A DNA stretch of 63,862 nt, filler included, from Lama guanicoe (lineage: Eukaryota): NCBI GenBank assembly GCA_013239625.1. It is 207 parts of 207 records of this genome, joined end to end, with 100 filler letters (N's around TTAATTAATTAA, not from the genome) between each part and the next. Parts side by side here need not be neighbours in the genome. Positions count along the whole stretch, not along the records: positions 12,051 to 12,259 come from PNXV01035446.1; positions 12,360 to 12,568 come from PNXV01035447.1; positions 12,669 to 12,877 come from PNXV01035448.1; positions 12,978 to 13,186 come from PNXV01035449.1; positions 13,287 to 13,495 come from PNXV01035450.1; positions 13,596 to 13,804 come from PNXV01035451.1; positions 13,905 to 14,113 come from PNXV01035452.1; positions 14,214 to 14,422 come from PNXV01035453.1; 199 more parts are not named here. One strand, written 5' to 3'. The number at the start of each line of letters is the position of its first letter. Within the stretch, counting starts at the first letter, position 1. The notes under the pieces are model-generated. The model did no database searches, was not told where the DNA came from, and worked only from the letters and a program-made list of their open reading frames with translations. Shown piece after piece: positions 11,951-23,029 of this stretch. The translations under genes were made by a program, and so were the position numbers.

Positions 11951-12977
11951 NNNNNNNNNNNNNNNNNNNNNNNNNNNNNNNNNNNNNNNNNNNNTTAATT
12001 AATTAANNNNNNNNNNNNNNNNNNNNNNNNNNNNNNNNNNNNNNNNNNNNTTCCACCAATGGTCGTCAGTGCGTGGGTTCTAATGGAATGCCTAAGCTCA
12101 TCACCCCTGGGTTTTCCTAATGTCTCTGTGCCAGGGAACATTCGGGGTATTTACAGGAAATCCCAGAGACAGAGGCCGCCTACCTAAGGACAGGGAAGAT
12201 ATTTCTCGGACTTCCCACGGTCCGGGAAGACCTGTGACTGAAGAAAGCTGTGTGGAGTTNNNNNNNNNNNNNNNNNNNNNNNNNNNNNNNNNNNNNNNNN
12301 NNNTTAATTAATTAANNNNNNNNNNNNNNNNNNNNNNNNNNNNNNNNNNNNNNNNNNNNTGGTCCACCGACTTACATTGACTTCAAAGGCATTTCCACTC
12401 AAGTGACCGCAGGTGGTGACTCTTGCAACTGTTTCACCATTGCGTGCCATGGAACACCAAAACTTCATGCCCTCATATCAGCTGGATCCTTGCTATCTTC
12501 AGATCCACCTTGGCCAGATAACTTTTCCCAGATCCCCACTTCCTTCAGGGCCTCTGGCTTGCAGCCAANNNNNNNNNNNNNNNNNNNNNNNNNNNNNNNN
12601 NNNNNNNNNNNNTTAATTAATTAANNNNNNNNNNNNNNNNNNNNNNNNNNNNNNNNNNNNNNNNNNNNTAGAGCATCATGAAAAACGATCCAACTTCATC
12701 ATACTGATGGCAGGAAGGACTGTTTGCAGGCTCTAGACCCTCACGGCAAGTGTGGGCTGGATTTGGAGATTTGTGCAGTGAGAGGTGATGCAGACGACAC
12801 AGACTTTCGCTGAAGATGTTTCTCCCCGTGTTCAGTAACGAGGAGAGCAGATGGGGTTCACCATGGGGGGAGGACTCNNNNNNNNNNNNNNNNNNNNNNN
12901 NNNNNNNNNNNNNNNNNNNNNTTAATTAATTAANNNNNNNNNNNNNNNNNNNNNNNNNNNNNNNNNNNNNNNNNNNN

Positions 12978-13186
12978 CTTTTGATTAATCCATCAAATCT
13001 GAAAAAGCGCCTTAGTGTGTGGAGTAGTCTTGGTTGTAGTATGTTCCCTTTCATCACTTTAAATATATCGTGCCACTGCTTTCTGGCCTGTAGAGTTTCT
13101 GCTGAGCAACAAGCTGATATTCTTATGGAAGTCCCTTTGTATGTTATTTGCTGCTTTTCCCGTGTTGCTTTTAATTTTATCTCTTA
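12978..13186 (-). mobile_element. L1 ORF1 fragment (copy B; 4 substitutions vs 11742-11950)
   Basis: Same start and end as copy A; first difference at offset 50, last at offset 160, two between. Confidence 0.9.
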
Positions 13187-14213
13187 NNNNNNNNNNNNNN
13201 NNNNNNNNNNNNNNNNNNNNNNNNNNNNNNTTAATTAATTAANNNNNNNNNNNNNNNNNNNNNNNNNNNNNNNNNNNNNNNNNNNNGTTCTCAATATGTA
13301 TGTTCTTGGAACTCTGCTTATGCCTCTGTATTTCATGACTCTTCCTTCCATATTGACCTACATTTCCAATGTTTTTGACTTTAAACTTCTAGAGGACAGG
13401 TGTGTTCATCATCTGAGACCCCTCGGAGTATAAAATTAATTTGGATGGTCGACACGTGGGAGTGCCCTCTCGGGTGCGAGGCTGTCGGAGTGAAANNNNN
13501 NNNNNNNNNNNNNNNNNNNNNNNNNNNNNNNNNNNNNNNTTAATTAATTAANNNNNNNNNNNNNNNNNNNNNNNNNNNNNNNNNNNNNNNNNNNNAACCA
13601 AACTAATATTTCTACACTAATACTTGAATTATTAATGCTCATAGCATTAGTCTTCAAATCAAGAGTTTCAGTTGGTTCTTATATATTTATTTATTGATTT
13701 ATTTTACCACTAATGAGAGCATTTGATAAAGGATGATTACTTATTCTGGCCTGGACCTATGTCGAGTGGTGTATATGGTCAACCTTTCCTTTAACACACA
13801 GCAANNNNNNNNNNNNNNNNNNNNNNNNNNNNNNNNNNNNNNNNNNNNTTAATTAATTAANNNNNNNNNNNNNNNNNNNNNNNNNNNNNNNNNNNNNNNN
13901 NNNNCAGTTGGTACAACTGGTCACCCCAGGACATAAACTGATGCTTCCTCAGTCCCAGTGCACTACTTCTACCTCTGCCCACCTGCTTTGGTTCTGCTTT
14001 GCCATTGGAAAGCCATTGTGCCAAAAATCCTCTATTCACGTGTCTGATAGGACTGGGCTACCCGGGACGGGCTGGTTGCTACAGAGGGATGCCTAAGTCA
14101 TCCTGGGTCAGGCNNNNNNNNNNNNNNNNNNNNNNNNNNNNNNNNNNNNNNNNNNNNTTAATTAATTAANNNNNNNNNNNNNNNNNNNNNNNNNNNNNNN
14201 NNNNNNNNNNNNN

Positions 14214-14422
14214 GAGGAACAGAGAGATAAACAGAAAACAAGTAACAAGAGCATAAATTTAAACACAACAATATTATAATTAAATTACATGGAGAAGTTC
14301 TTAACAGCCCAATTAAAAGGTAGATTGTCCAACTGGACAATAAAGACCCAACATTATGCAGTCCATAGGATATCCTCTTAAAACAAAGACACAAAGGTTA
14401 AAAACAAAAGGATAAAATATAT
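14214..14422 (+). mobile_element. Old L1M ORF2 endonuclease 5' fragment
   Basis: cttaacagcccaattaaaaggtagattgtc...aaagacccaacattatgcagtccatagga...aaagacacaaaggttaaaa. Confidence 0.7.
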
Positions 14423-14522
14423 NNNNNNNNNNNNNNNNNNNNNNNNNNNNNNNNNNNNNNNNNNNNTTAATTAATTAANNNNNNNNNNNNNNNNNNNNNN
14501 NNNNNNNNNNNNNNNNNNNNNN

Positions 14523-14731
14523 CAGTAGACCTAGAAGCAGGAGGTTTGACTTCTAGGAGACCTTGAGCTTCATTATACACTCACTATAATATATTAGCAA
14601 GGTAAATGGCACTGCCACAGGCATCATGCAAGTTCTGATGACAGCCCCAAAAGGTCAAAAAGTGGGCAGTGGCCCAGTTCCTGGGAATCCCAGCCCTTTC
14701 CCCCAAGCAGCTGGAAGAACCCTCCCTTTGT
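14523..14731 (+). mobile_element. ERV1 LTR, MER41-like
   Basis: gacttctaggagaccttgagcttcattatacac...cctgggaatcccagccc, homologous to 60564-60772. Confidence 0.7.
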
Positions 14732-15140
14732 NNNNNNNNNNNNNNNNNNNNNNNNNNNNNNNNNNNNNNNNNNNNTTAATTAATTAANNNNNNNNNNNNN
14801 NNNNNNNNNNNNNNNNNNNNNNNNNNNNNNNCAGGCAGCAGAAGTGAGTGACAAGGCCTGAAATGGAAGTATGGGAGGTACATTTCAGGAGCTTTGAGGA
14901 CGTCTGTGAGGCTGTGGTGGAGTGAGTGAGGGGAGAGCTGAAGAGACCGAGAAAGCCCCCATAGTGCAGGATCCAACAGGAAGACCACTGTGGGCCGGAT
15001 GCTTTACCTCTGAATGAAATAGGACATTTTAAAGCTGTCANNNNNNNNNNNNNNNNNNNNNNNNNNNNNNNNNNNNNNNNNNNNTTAATTAATTAANNNN
15101 NNNNNNNNNNNNNNNNNNNNNNNNNNNNNNNNNNNNNNNN

Positions 15141-15328
15141 ACATTCTGCCTATGGAGTGTGTATCTCCTAAGCCTTTTTCCCTTCTGAGGGAAATGTACT
15201 CTGTCCATGGAATGGACACACACTCCGTCCATGGAGTGAATATCTCTAAGTAAATTTATGTTCACTTGACCATGTCTTGCTCTTGAATTCTTTCCTGGGA
15301 GAGGCAAGAACTTATTTTCCTCACAACA
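15141..15328 (+). mobile_element. ERV1 LTR 3' end, MER41-like
   Basis: ctatggagtg...agtaaatttatgttcactt...ttgaattctttcctgggagaggcaagaac...caaca. Confidence 0.55.
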
Positions 15329-15570
15329 CAGTCACCTCCAAAACATAGGNNNNNNNNNNNNNNNNNNNNNNNNNNNNNNNNNNNNNNNNNNNNTTAATTA
15401 ATTAANNNNNNNNNNNNNNNNNNNNNNNNNNNNNNNNNNNNNNNNNNNNCACTCTGTCTCTCTGGGTCAGCAGGGTCAAATTGGATAGGTCCTCAAAAGC
15501 CAGTTTGGTGAGACTGGCCGCATGATATGGGTGACGTCTGCTCATCTCTCAGAAGAGGCAGGTAGGCCAC

Positions 15571-15658
15571 ATCAGTGGTTTTCCAATCTGGCTGGACATG
15601 AAGATTCCGGGGCCCCCTCCCCACCCCACTGAAGCAGACTCTGGGAGGGTGGTGTCCA
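15571..15658. mobile_element. MER5-like hAT-Charlie DNA transposon remnant
   Basis: cagtggttttccaatctggctggacat...ccccaccccactgaagcagactctggga. Confidence 0.5.
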
Positions 15659-16067
15659 NNNNNNNNNNNNNNNNNNNNNNNNNNNNNNNNNNNNNNNNNN
15701 NNTTAATTAATTAANNNNNNNNNNNNNNNNNNNNNNNNNNNNNNNNNNNNNNNNNNNNAAATGGCAATTTGGGCGGAATTAAACTATTGTATTATTGGGA
15801 GATACTTAAAATGTTTTTCTTGAAATTGTTGAAGACATGGGAAAACATTAAAAGTAATTGCTAAATGAAGTGTGAGACCCGTGAGCTTTTGGCTCAAATG
15901 ACAAAAAAAGGCCATCACCAATGATTCATTACCATTTTAAATTATTTAAGACTATGGATTTATAAATNNNNNNNNNNNNNNNNNNNNNNNNNNNNNNNNN
16001 NNNNNNNNNNNTTAATTAATTAANNNNNNNNNNNNNNNNNNNNNNNNNNNNNNNNNNNNNNNNNNNN

Positions 16068-16276
16068 CATCACCTGGACCAAGGTAGGTGAAGCCTGTTA
16101 CCATAAAGGTAACAAGAGAGGTAGGCCCAGCGCATCATGGGGAGAGGAATGATGCAAGCTGCCGCCATGGAGTGTGGGCTCTGCTGATGTCACCTGTGAT
16201 CTACCGCAGGAAACCAATGCCCTGGCTTCCAGGAATCCCCACTACAATGTGAGCGAGGATGGCACCCTGGTCATCA
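16068..16276 (+). CDS. HMCN2: Hemicentin-2 Ig-domain exons: exon end 16068-16083, complete 126-bp GT-AG intron 16084-16209, next exon 16210-16276
   Basis: ITWTK|gtaggt...ccgcag|ETNALASRNPHYNVSEDGTLVI matches recalled HMCN2 ([27 protein letters not shown]); phase-0 junction. Confidence 0.8.
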
Positions 16277-16376
16277 NNNNNNNNNNNNNNNNNNNNNNNN
16301 NNNNNNNNNNNNNNNNNNNNTTAATTAATTAANNNNNNNNNNNNNNNNNNNNNNNNNNNNNNNNNNNNNNNNNNNN

Positions 16377-16585
16377 AATGCTGCTGTGAACATTGGGGTG
16401 CAGCTATATTTTGAAATTAAGGTTCCCTCTGGATATATGCCCAGGATTGGGATTGCTGGATCTAATGATATGTCTTCTTTTAGTCTTTTGATGAATCTCC
16501 ATACTGTTTTCCACATTGGCTTCACCAAACTACATTCCCAACAATAATGTAGGAGGGTTCCCTTTTCTCCAAGCCTCTCCAGCAT
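16377..16585 (-). mobile_element. L1 ORF2 C-terminal fragment
   Basis: [45 protein letters not shown]. Confidence 0.92.
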
Positions 16586-16685
16586 NNNNNNNNNNNNNNN
16601 NNNNNNNNNNNNNNNNNNNNNNNNNNNNNTTAATTAATTAANNNNNNNNNNNNNNNNNNNNNNNNNNNNNNNNNNNNNNNNNNNN

Positions 16686-16894
16686 TTCAGTTATACATGA
16701 ACATACATATATTCATTGCCACATTTTTTTTCACCATGAGCTACCACAAGAATTTGTATACATTTCCCTGTGCTATACAGTATAATCTTGTTTATTTACA
16801 TTTTGAAATCCCAATCTGTCCCTTCCCACCCCGCAACCACAAGTTTGTATTCTATTTCTATGAGTCTGTTTGTATTTATCTTTGTTTTTTTTTT
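16686..16894 (-). mobile_element. L1 3' UTR (camelid L1 type)
   Basis: ttcagttatacatgaacatacatatattcattg...tttccctgtgctatacagtataatcttg...aaccacaagtttgtattcta. Confidence 0.8.
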
Positions 16895-17123
16895 NNNNNN
16901 NNNNNNNNNNNNNNNNNNNNNNNNNNNNNNNNNNNNNNTTAATTAATTAANNNNNNNNNNNNNNNNNNNNNNNNNNNNNNNNNNNNNNNNNNNNGTGTGT
17001 GTGTGTGTATGTGTGTGTGTCGGTAGTGGGTAGAAGAGGAATGCTGTAAACATAATGTCTAAGGCCTGACCAGAGGCCTACCACTGTTCTAGAAACTGGA
17101 TGCAAATCCAAGTTCTAAGACCA

Positions 17124-17203
17124 ATGTTAAAAGACAAACTGAGGCATATTGAAGTTTTTCAGAGTTTATTTGAGCAAGAATAGATTCAATTAGGGCAGCA
17201 CCA
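17124..17203 (-). mobile_element. ERV1-type LTR end
   Basis: tgttaaaagacaaactgaggcatattgaagtttttcagagtttatttgagcaag (terminal TG and polyA-signal complement). Confidence 0.5.
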
Positions 17204-17303
17204 NNNNNNNNNNNNNNNNNNNNNNNNNNNNNNNNNNNNNNNNNNNNTTAATTAATTAANNNNNNNNNNNNNNNNNNNNNNNNNNNNNNNNNNNNNNNNN
17301 NNN

Positions 17304-17512
17304 CTCTCCACATGCTCAGTTTTGAGGGTTAAGAATGTGTGAAAGCCATTCTTCACCTATCTATTGGGAACAAAAATTTCTCTCCAAATGCAAAGTTCCC
17401 TTCTTAAATATATATGGGTAGGTAAAAGTTACAACACGGATTTACAGTGAAAATTGTAGGAAGTTCAAACCGGCACTAGGAAACACTCAGACAAACCAGT
17501 GTAATTGTTTCA
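17304..17512. repeat. Unidentified sequence, copy A of near-identical pair (partner 19467-19675)
   Basis: 6 substitutions in 209 bp, identical ends. Confidence 0.9.
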
Positions 17513-17612
17513 NNNNNNNNNNNNNNNNNNNNNNNNNNNNNNNNNNNNNNNNNNNNTTAATTAATTAANNNNNNNNNNNNNNNNNNNNNNNNNNNNNNNN
17601 NNNNNNNNNNNN

Positions 17613-17821
17613 CCAATAGGCATATGAAAAAATGCTCAATATGGCTAATTATCAGAGAAATGCCAATCAAAACTACAATGAGGTATCACCTTACAACAGT
17701 CAGAATGGCCATCATTCAGAAATCCACAAACAACAAATGCTGGAGAAGGTGTGGGAAAAAAGGGAACCCTCTTACATTGTTGGTGGGAATATAGTTTGGT
17801 GCAGCCATTATGGAAAACAGT
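17613..17821 (+). mobile_element. L1 ORF2 C-terminal fragment
   Basis: [23 protein letters not shown]...cagaatggccatcatt...tgttggtgggaatatagtttggtgcagccattatggaaaacagt. Confidence 0.92.
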
Positions 17822-18230
17822 NNNNNNNNNNNNNNNNNNNNNNNNNNNNNNNNNNNNNNNNNNNNTTAATTAATTAANNNNNNNNNNNNNNNNNNNNNNN
17901 NNNNNNNNNNNNNNNNNNNNNCTCCGTCCCTCTCCAGGGTCCAGACACCAAGATGGTGGCAGTGCCCCAGACCCACGAATTCGGTGTCAAGGAGATGTCA
18001 CCGTGTTTGGGGAGGGGGCTCTCCCAGACTTCAGCAGAAAGGGCCAGAGATTCTCTGGGTATCTTCCCAGGGGATAAGGGTCTGTGGGGGTTTTGGTCTC
18101 TTGGGCCATCAAGTACCTACCCCCAGGGAANNNNNNNNNNNNNNNNNNNNNNNNNNNNNNNNNNNNNNNNNNNNTTAATTAATTAANNNNNNNNNNNNNN
18201 NNNNNNNNNNNNNNNNNNNNNNNNNNNNNN

Positions 18231-18439
18231 GGAGAATTGCTTGTTTAGGTCTTCTGTCCATTTTTGGATTGGGTTGCTTGTTTTTCTGTTATTAAGTTGT
18301 ATGAATTGTTTACATATATTCTGGAGATTAAGCCCTCTTCAGTCTCATCTTTTGCAAATACTTTTTCCCATTCTGTAGGTTGTCTTTTTGTTTTGTTCAT
18401 AGTTTCCTTTGCTGTGCAAAAGCTTATAAGTTTAATTAG
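18231..18439 (-). mobile_element. L1 ORF2 fragment
   Basis: tttgcaaatactttttcccattctgtaggttgtctttttg...tttgctgtgcaaaagcttataagtttaattag. Confidence 0.9.
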
Positions 18440-18539
18440 NNNNNNNNNNNNNNNNNNNNNNNNNNNNNNNNNNNNNNNNNNNNTTAATTAATTAANNNNN
18501 NNNNNNNNNNNNNNNNNNNNNNNNNNNNNNNNNNNNNNN

Positions 18540-18748
18540 TTGCTGCAAATGGTGTTATGCTGTCGGTTTTTATGGCTGAATAGTATTCAAATGTATAAAT
18601 ATACCACATCTTCTTTATCCAGTCATTGTTGATAGACATTTAGTCTGCTTCCTTGTCTTGGCTATTATTAATAGTGCTGCTATGAACATTGGGGTTCAAG
18701 TGTCTTTTTGAAGTAAAGTTCCTTCTGGATATATGCTCAGGAGTGGGA
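18540..18748 (-). mobile_element. L1 ORF2 3' end fragment
   Basis: tttatggctgaatagtattc...ataccacatcttctttatcca...gtgctgctatgaacattgggg. Confidence 0.9.
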
Positions 18749-19157
18749 NNNNNNNNNNNNNNNNNNNNNNNNNNNNNNNNNNNNNNNNNNNNTTAATTAA
18801 TTAANNNNNNNNNNNNNNNNNNNNNNNNNNNNNNNNNNNNNNNNNNNNGTGTTCTCAGAGAAAATCTTATTTTCTTATTCAGACTTTGTATTGTCATCGA
18901 TATAAGTGTGTTTTGTTACAGCACGGGCCCTGCCCCTCCAATTTGGAAGTGTCACACACGCACACACACAGGCTATACAAAAAGACTGGCTTCTCCTCTT
19001 CCTGGGACCTTGATCTCTCCCCCAACTTCCTAACCATTACTAATTTACAAAACTTTTNNNNNNNNNNNNNNNNNNNNNNNNNNNNNNNNNNNNNNNNNNN
19101 NTTAATTAATTAANNNNNNNNNNNNNNNNNNNNNNNNNNNNNNNNNNNNNNNNNNNN

Positions 19158-19366
19158 TCAAAGCCCAAGATGATGGTGTCAGCAGGGTTGTTTCCTTCTG
19201 AGGGCTATGAGGGAAGGGTTTGTTCCAGGCTCCTCTCTCCTTGGTTTGTAGATGGCCGTCTTTTCTCTGTGTCTCTTCACATTGTTTTGTTTTATTTGCA
19301 TCTGTCTTCGTGTCCAGATTTCCCTTTTCTTATAAGGACACTAGTCATGTTGGATTAGAGTCCACC
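19158..19366 (-). mobile_element. MaLR LTR (MLT1B-like)
   Basis: ggtgtcagcagggttgtttccttctgagggct...cttataaggacactagtcatgttggattagagtccacc. Confidence 0.85.
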
Positions 19367-19466
19367 NNNNNNNNNNNNNNNNNNNNNNNNNNNNNNNNNN
19401 NNNNNNNNNNTTAATTAATTAANNNNNNNNNNNNNNNNNNNNNNNNNNNNNNNNNNNNNNNNNNNN

Positions 19467-19675
19467 CTCTCCACATGCTCAGTTTTGAGGGTTAAGAATG
19501 TGTGAAAGCCATTCTACACCTATCTATTGGGAACAAAAATTTCTCTCCAAATGAAAAGTTCACTTCTTAAATATATATGGGTAGGTAAAAGCTACAACAC
19601 GAATTTACAGTGAAAATTGTAGGAAATTCAAACCGGCACTAGGAAACACTCAGACAAACCAGTGTAATTGTTTCA
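19467..19675. repeat. Copy B of near-identical pair (partner 17304-17512)
   Basis: Direct base-by-base comparison. Confidence 0.9.
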
Positions 19676-19775
19676 NNNNNNNNNNNNNNNNNNNNNNNNN
19701 NNNNNNNNNNNNNNNNNNNTTAATTAATTAANNNNNNNNNNNNNNNNNNNNNNNNNNNNNNNNNNNNNNNNNNNN

Positions 19776-19984
19776 GGAAAGGAGGGCTGGTGGAAGTGTT
19801 CACTCCATGGCAGGCAAGGTCTGGCCCATGCCAACTGCCTCCAGAAGCTCAGGGAGGGCCCCACTGACAAGCCCTGCCCGTCTTTCCTGAGGGGCCTGGA
19901 AGACACTCCCACCAGCTCCCAGGAGACCTACCAGGTGCCCACCCTGCTCAACCCCCTGCCTCCCAGCCCCGTGTATGAGCAGAT
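19776..19984 (+). CDS. CASS4: CASS4-like exon fragment (end of SH3 domain plus start of substrate region); open frame but SH3 motif altered, possibly a diverged duplicate
   Basis: GKEGWWKCSLHGRQGLAHANCLQKLREGPTDKPCPSFLRGLEDTPTSSQETYQVPTLLNPLPPSPVYEQ vs recalled CASS4 EGWWKCLLHGRQGLAPANRLQILTE...CPPFLRGLEEAPASSEETYQVPTL...PVYEQM. Not in the ORF track. Confidence 0.85.
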
Positions 19985-21959
19985 NNNNNNNNNNNNNNNN
20001 NNNNNNNNNNNNNNNNNNNNNNNNNNNNTTAATTAATTAANNNNNNNNNNNNNNNNNNNNNNNNNNNNNNNNNNNNNNNNNNNNTGGAAATCTGGGGGGA
20101 CCTGGAGACAGCAGGATTGAGGCAATGGTCCACGTGCGCTTGTAACACAACAAAAAAAGTCTCTACAAACAGCATCTCATTGAAGTTTTATAAAAGCGAG
20201 GGTGTTGCCATTACCATTACTCACACTTACAGTGAAGAAATGAAGTGAGATCACGCTTGTTAAAACCTTGCAAGATGGAAATGTGCTTTTAAGNNNNNNN
20301 NNNNNNNNNNNNNNNNNNNNNNNNNNNNNNNNNNNNNTTAATTAATTAANNNNNNNNNNNNNNNNNNNNNNNNNNNNNNNNNNNNNNNNNNNNCATCCCA
20401 TTGCTGAGCTGATGTTGAGGGCCCAGCTGATCCTTGGGTACCCTGGGGGCTGAGCCCTGGGGGCAGCACCTGTGCAGAGAGAAAGGAGCGGGAGCAGGAG
20501 GGGGTTCCAGGCCATGGTGGAGGCACCCTGAACTCTGCCTCTGAGCCCACAGCTGGGGGTGGGGTCTCAAGGCCTCTCTTATCCTCAGAAGGGACATCCT
20601 TANNNNNNNNNNNNNNNNNNNNNNNNNNNNNNNNNNNNNNNNNNNNTTAATTAATTAANNNNNNNNNNNNNNNNNNNNNNNNNNNNNNNNNNNNNNNNNN
20701 NNCCCAGTGAAAGTTCCTTATTCTTAGTATATTAGTTCCAGAAGTGGTTTTTTTTTCCCCCTTCGGAATAAGAAAATTCATCAACAGAGGGAGTCATTTG
20801 CGTAAAATCACTGTTCACGACAGGCAGAGAGGATTTTCAACGTTCGTTTCCTCCCATGTACGTCTTTCCTGGTACCCCCTGTACTTCTTTCATAGGTAGC
20901 AAGTGTTGATGNNNNNNNNNNNNNNNNNNNNNNNNNNNNNNNNNNNNNNNNNNNNTTAATTAATTAANNNNNNNNNNNNNNNNNNNNNNNNNNNNNNNNN
21001 NNNNNNNNNNNCTCAGAAATATATAAATATTTGTTTCCCCTCGTGAAGCTTCTGAAGATCTGAAATGGAAAGATTAGCTTTTCAGAAGCCAGCATCTCTG
21101 GCTCCAGACGGCTTCCCCTGACTATGCACACAGGGTGAAAAAACCTGGGTGTTTGAAAGCATGACTCTAGGTTATCAATGAACGCATATTTGGATCAAGA
21201 AAGCCAGCACGGCCAAAGGGNNNNNNNNNNNNNNNNNNNNNNNNNNNNNNNNNNNNNNNNNNNNTTAATTAATTAANNNNNNNNNNNNNNNNNNNNNNNN
21301 NNNNNNNNNNNNNNNNNNNNGAATTGTTTTTGCCTCCCTCTTGGGTTCTTAACTTTAAAAAATAGTGAGGTTGCCAAGTATTCAGTTAGGATCATGCAGA
21401 TTTATCATTATCTATGAAGTGTTCCAATGGAATTTGGGACAAATGTTAGTCAGCATTAGGGAGGGACAAATGACTGAAAGCTACAATTTCTGTCTCTTGT
21501 TCCTAAAGGAATTCTGTTGGGCCTTATCANNNNNNNNNNNNNNNNNNNNNNNNNNNNNNNNNNNNNNNNNNNNTTAATTAATTAANNNNNNNNNNNNNNN
21601 NNNNNNNNNNNNNNNNNNNNNNNNNNNNNCAAGTAGAATACAACTTAATCTTTTGAAACTTCATGCAAACCAAGAATAACTGGAATGGCAAGAGTCGCGA
21701 ATAAAATTAATTTCCTCTCCTTCTGGTGTAGTAGATTCCTTTGTCCACATCAGTGGATTTTCTTAGCCAGTATTACCTTGTATGTTTTTGGATTGGATAT
21801 AGAGCTAATCTGTTTTCTCATTTGCTTAAAATGGTGAANNNNNNNNNNNNNNNNNNNNNNNNNNNNNNNNNNNNNNNNNNNNTTAATTAATTAANNNNNN
21901 NNNNNNNNNNNNNNNNNNNNNNNNNNNNNNNNNNNNNNGGAAACAATGTCAGATTGAAA

Positions 21960-22147
21960 TGAAGGAAATAACACAGTGTTGAGATGGCAGACTTGGTGGG
22001 AAGTGAGTCAAGAAAGCTATCTTTGAGTAAGTTACATGTGAGCTGAGATCTTGATAAGGAGGCTGGACTTTGAAGATCTGGGAAAAGTCACCCCAGGTAT
22101 AGAGGCAGCTTGTCCATTGACCCCGAGGCACAAATGTGCTCAGCAGG
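21960..22147 (-). mobile_element. L2 fragment
   Basis: gtcaagaaagctatctttgagtaagttacatgtgagctgagatcttga. Confidence 0.55.
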
Positions 22148-22962
22148 NNNNNNNNNNNNNNNNNNNNNNNNNNNNNNNNNNNNNNNNNNNNTTAATTAAT
22201 TAANNNNNNNNNNNNNNNNNNNNNNNNNNNNNNNNNNNNNNNNNNNNGTCGTCATTTCACCCTTTTGGTCAGGATCTCGCAAGAGTGGTGGAGTTCTGGA
22301 GTTCACCATGCCTAGGACCACATGGGGATTATCCACTAAGGCCTGAAGCCCTCTGCAGGTACCGTGTCATGGGAACTTACAGAACACCAGTAAGAGCTGA
22401 GGTTCATGTGAGGAAGCTAATATCCCAGAGCCAAAGTCCGAGACTTTTCAGGCAGANNNNNNNNNNNNNNNNNNNNNNNNNNNNNNNNNNNNNNNNNNNN
22501 TTAATTAATTAANNNNNNNNNNNNNNNNNNNNNNNNNNNNNNNNNNNNNNNNNNNNCTGGCCTTTAGGTTAAATAGGCCCCATTAGGTAATGTTTTGAGA
22601 GTGTGATTGTCACCAACTTTGAGCTTTAGAATTATTTAAAAAAATGAAATTTTGTGTGTGTGTGTGTGTGTGTGAATGAATCTTACGTAAGATGTAGCCA
22701 TTACAATACGTAAACGGACTAATTTTATAGATTAAAACTTGATTTCAATCATTTAAAATAACTTANNNNNNNNNNNNNNNNNNNNNNNNNNNNNNNNNNN
22801 NNNNNNNNNTTAATTAATTAANNNNNNNNNNNNNNNNNNNNNNNNNNNNNNNNNNNNNNNNNNNNGCGACCCCAGGGGACCCCTTCTACAGACACCCGGC
22901 CACAGCCCCTCCCCGGGGCGCCCCCAGGTCCTGGGCAGAGCAGGACAGGCCCGGGCACTCAC

Positions 22963-23029
22963 CAGCCTGCGGAGATGCCAGCGGCAGCAGCAGCAGCAGC
23001 AGCAGGGGCAGCAGCGGGGCCAGAAGCAT
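22963..23029 (-). CDS. Signal-peptide exon of an unidentified secreted/membrane protein
   Basis: Acceptor tcttctcatcccAG (exon starts 23044), Kozak-like aaggccATG at 23029, MLLAPLLPLLLLLLLPLASPQA plus 1 nt, then a phase-1 donor GTGAGT at 22962. Confidence 0.7.

Noticed and set aside
12480..12545. Walker A-like WGSGKSYLAK on the minus strand
   Set aside because: Bounded by stops within a few codons upstream and about ten downstream, with no preceding hydrophobic strand or other NTPase motifs.
21047..21090. Short inverted repeat gcttctgaa...ttcagaagc (similar 9-bp stems near 29846 and 49149)
   Set aside because: Stems of about 9 bp are too short for a pre-miRNA, and a few are expected by chance in 43 kb.
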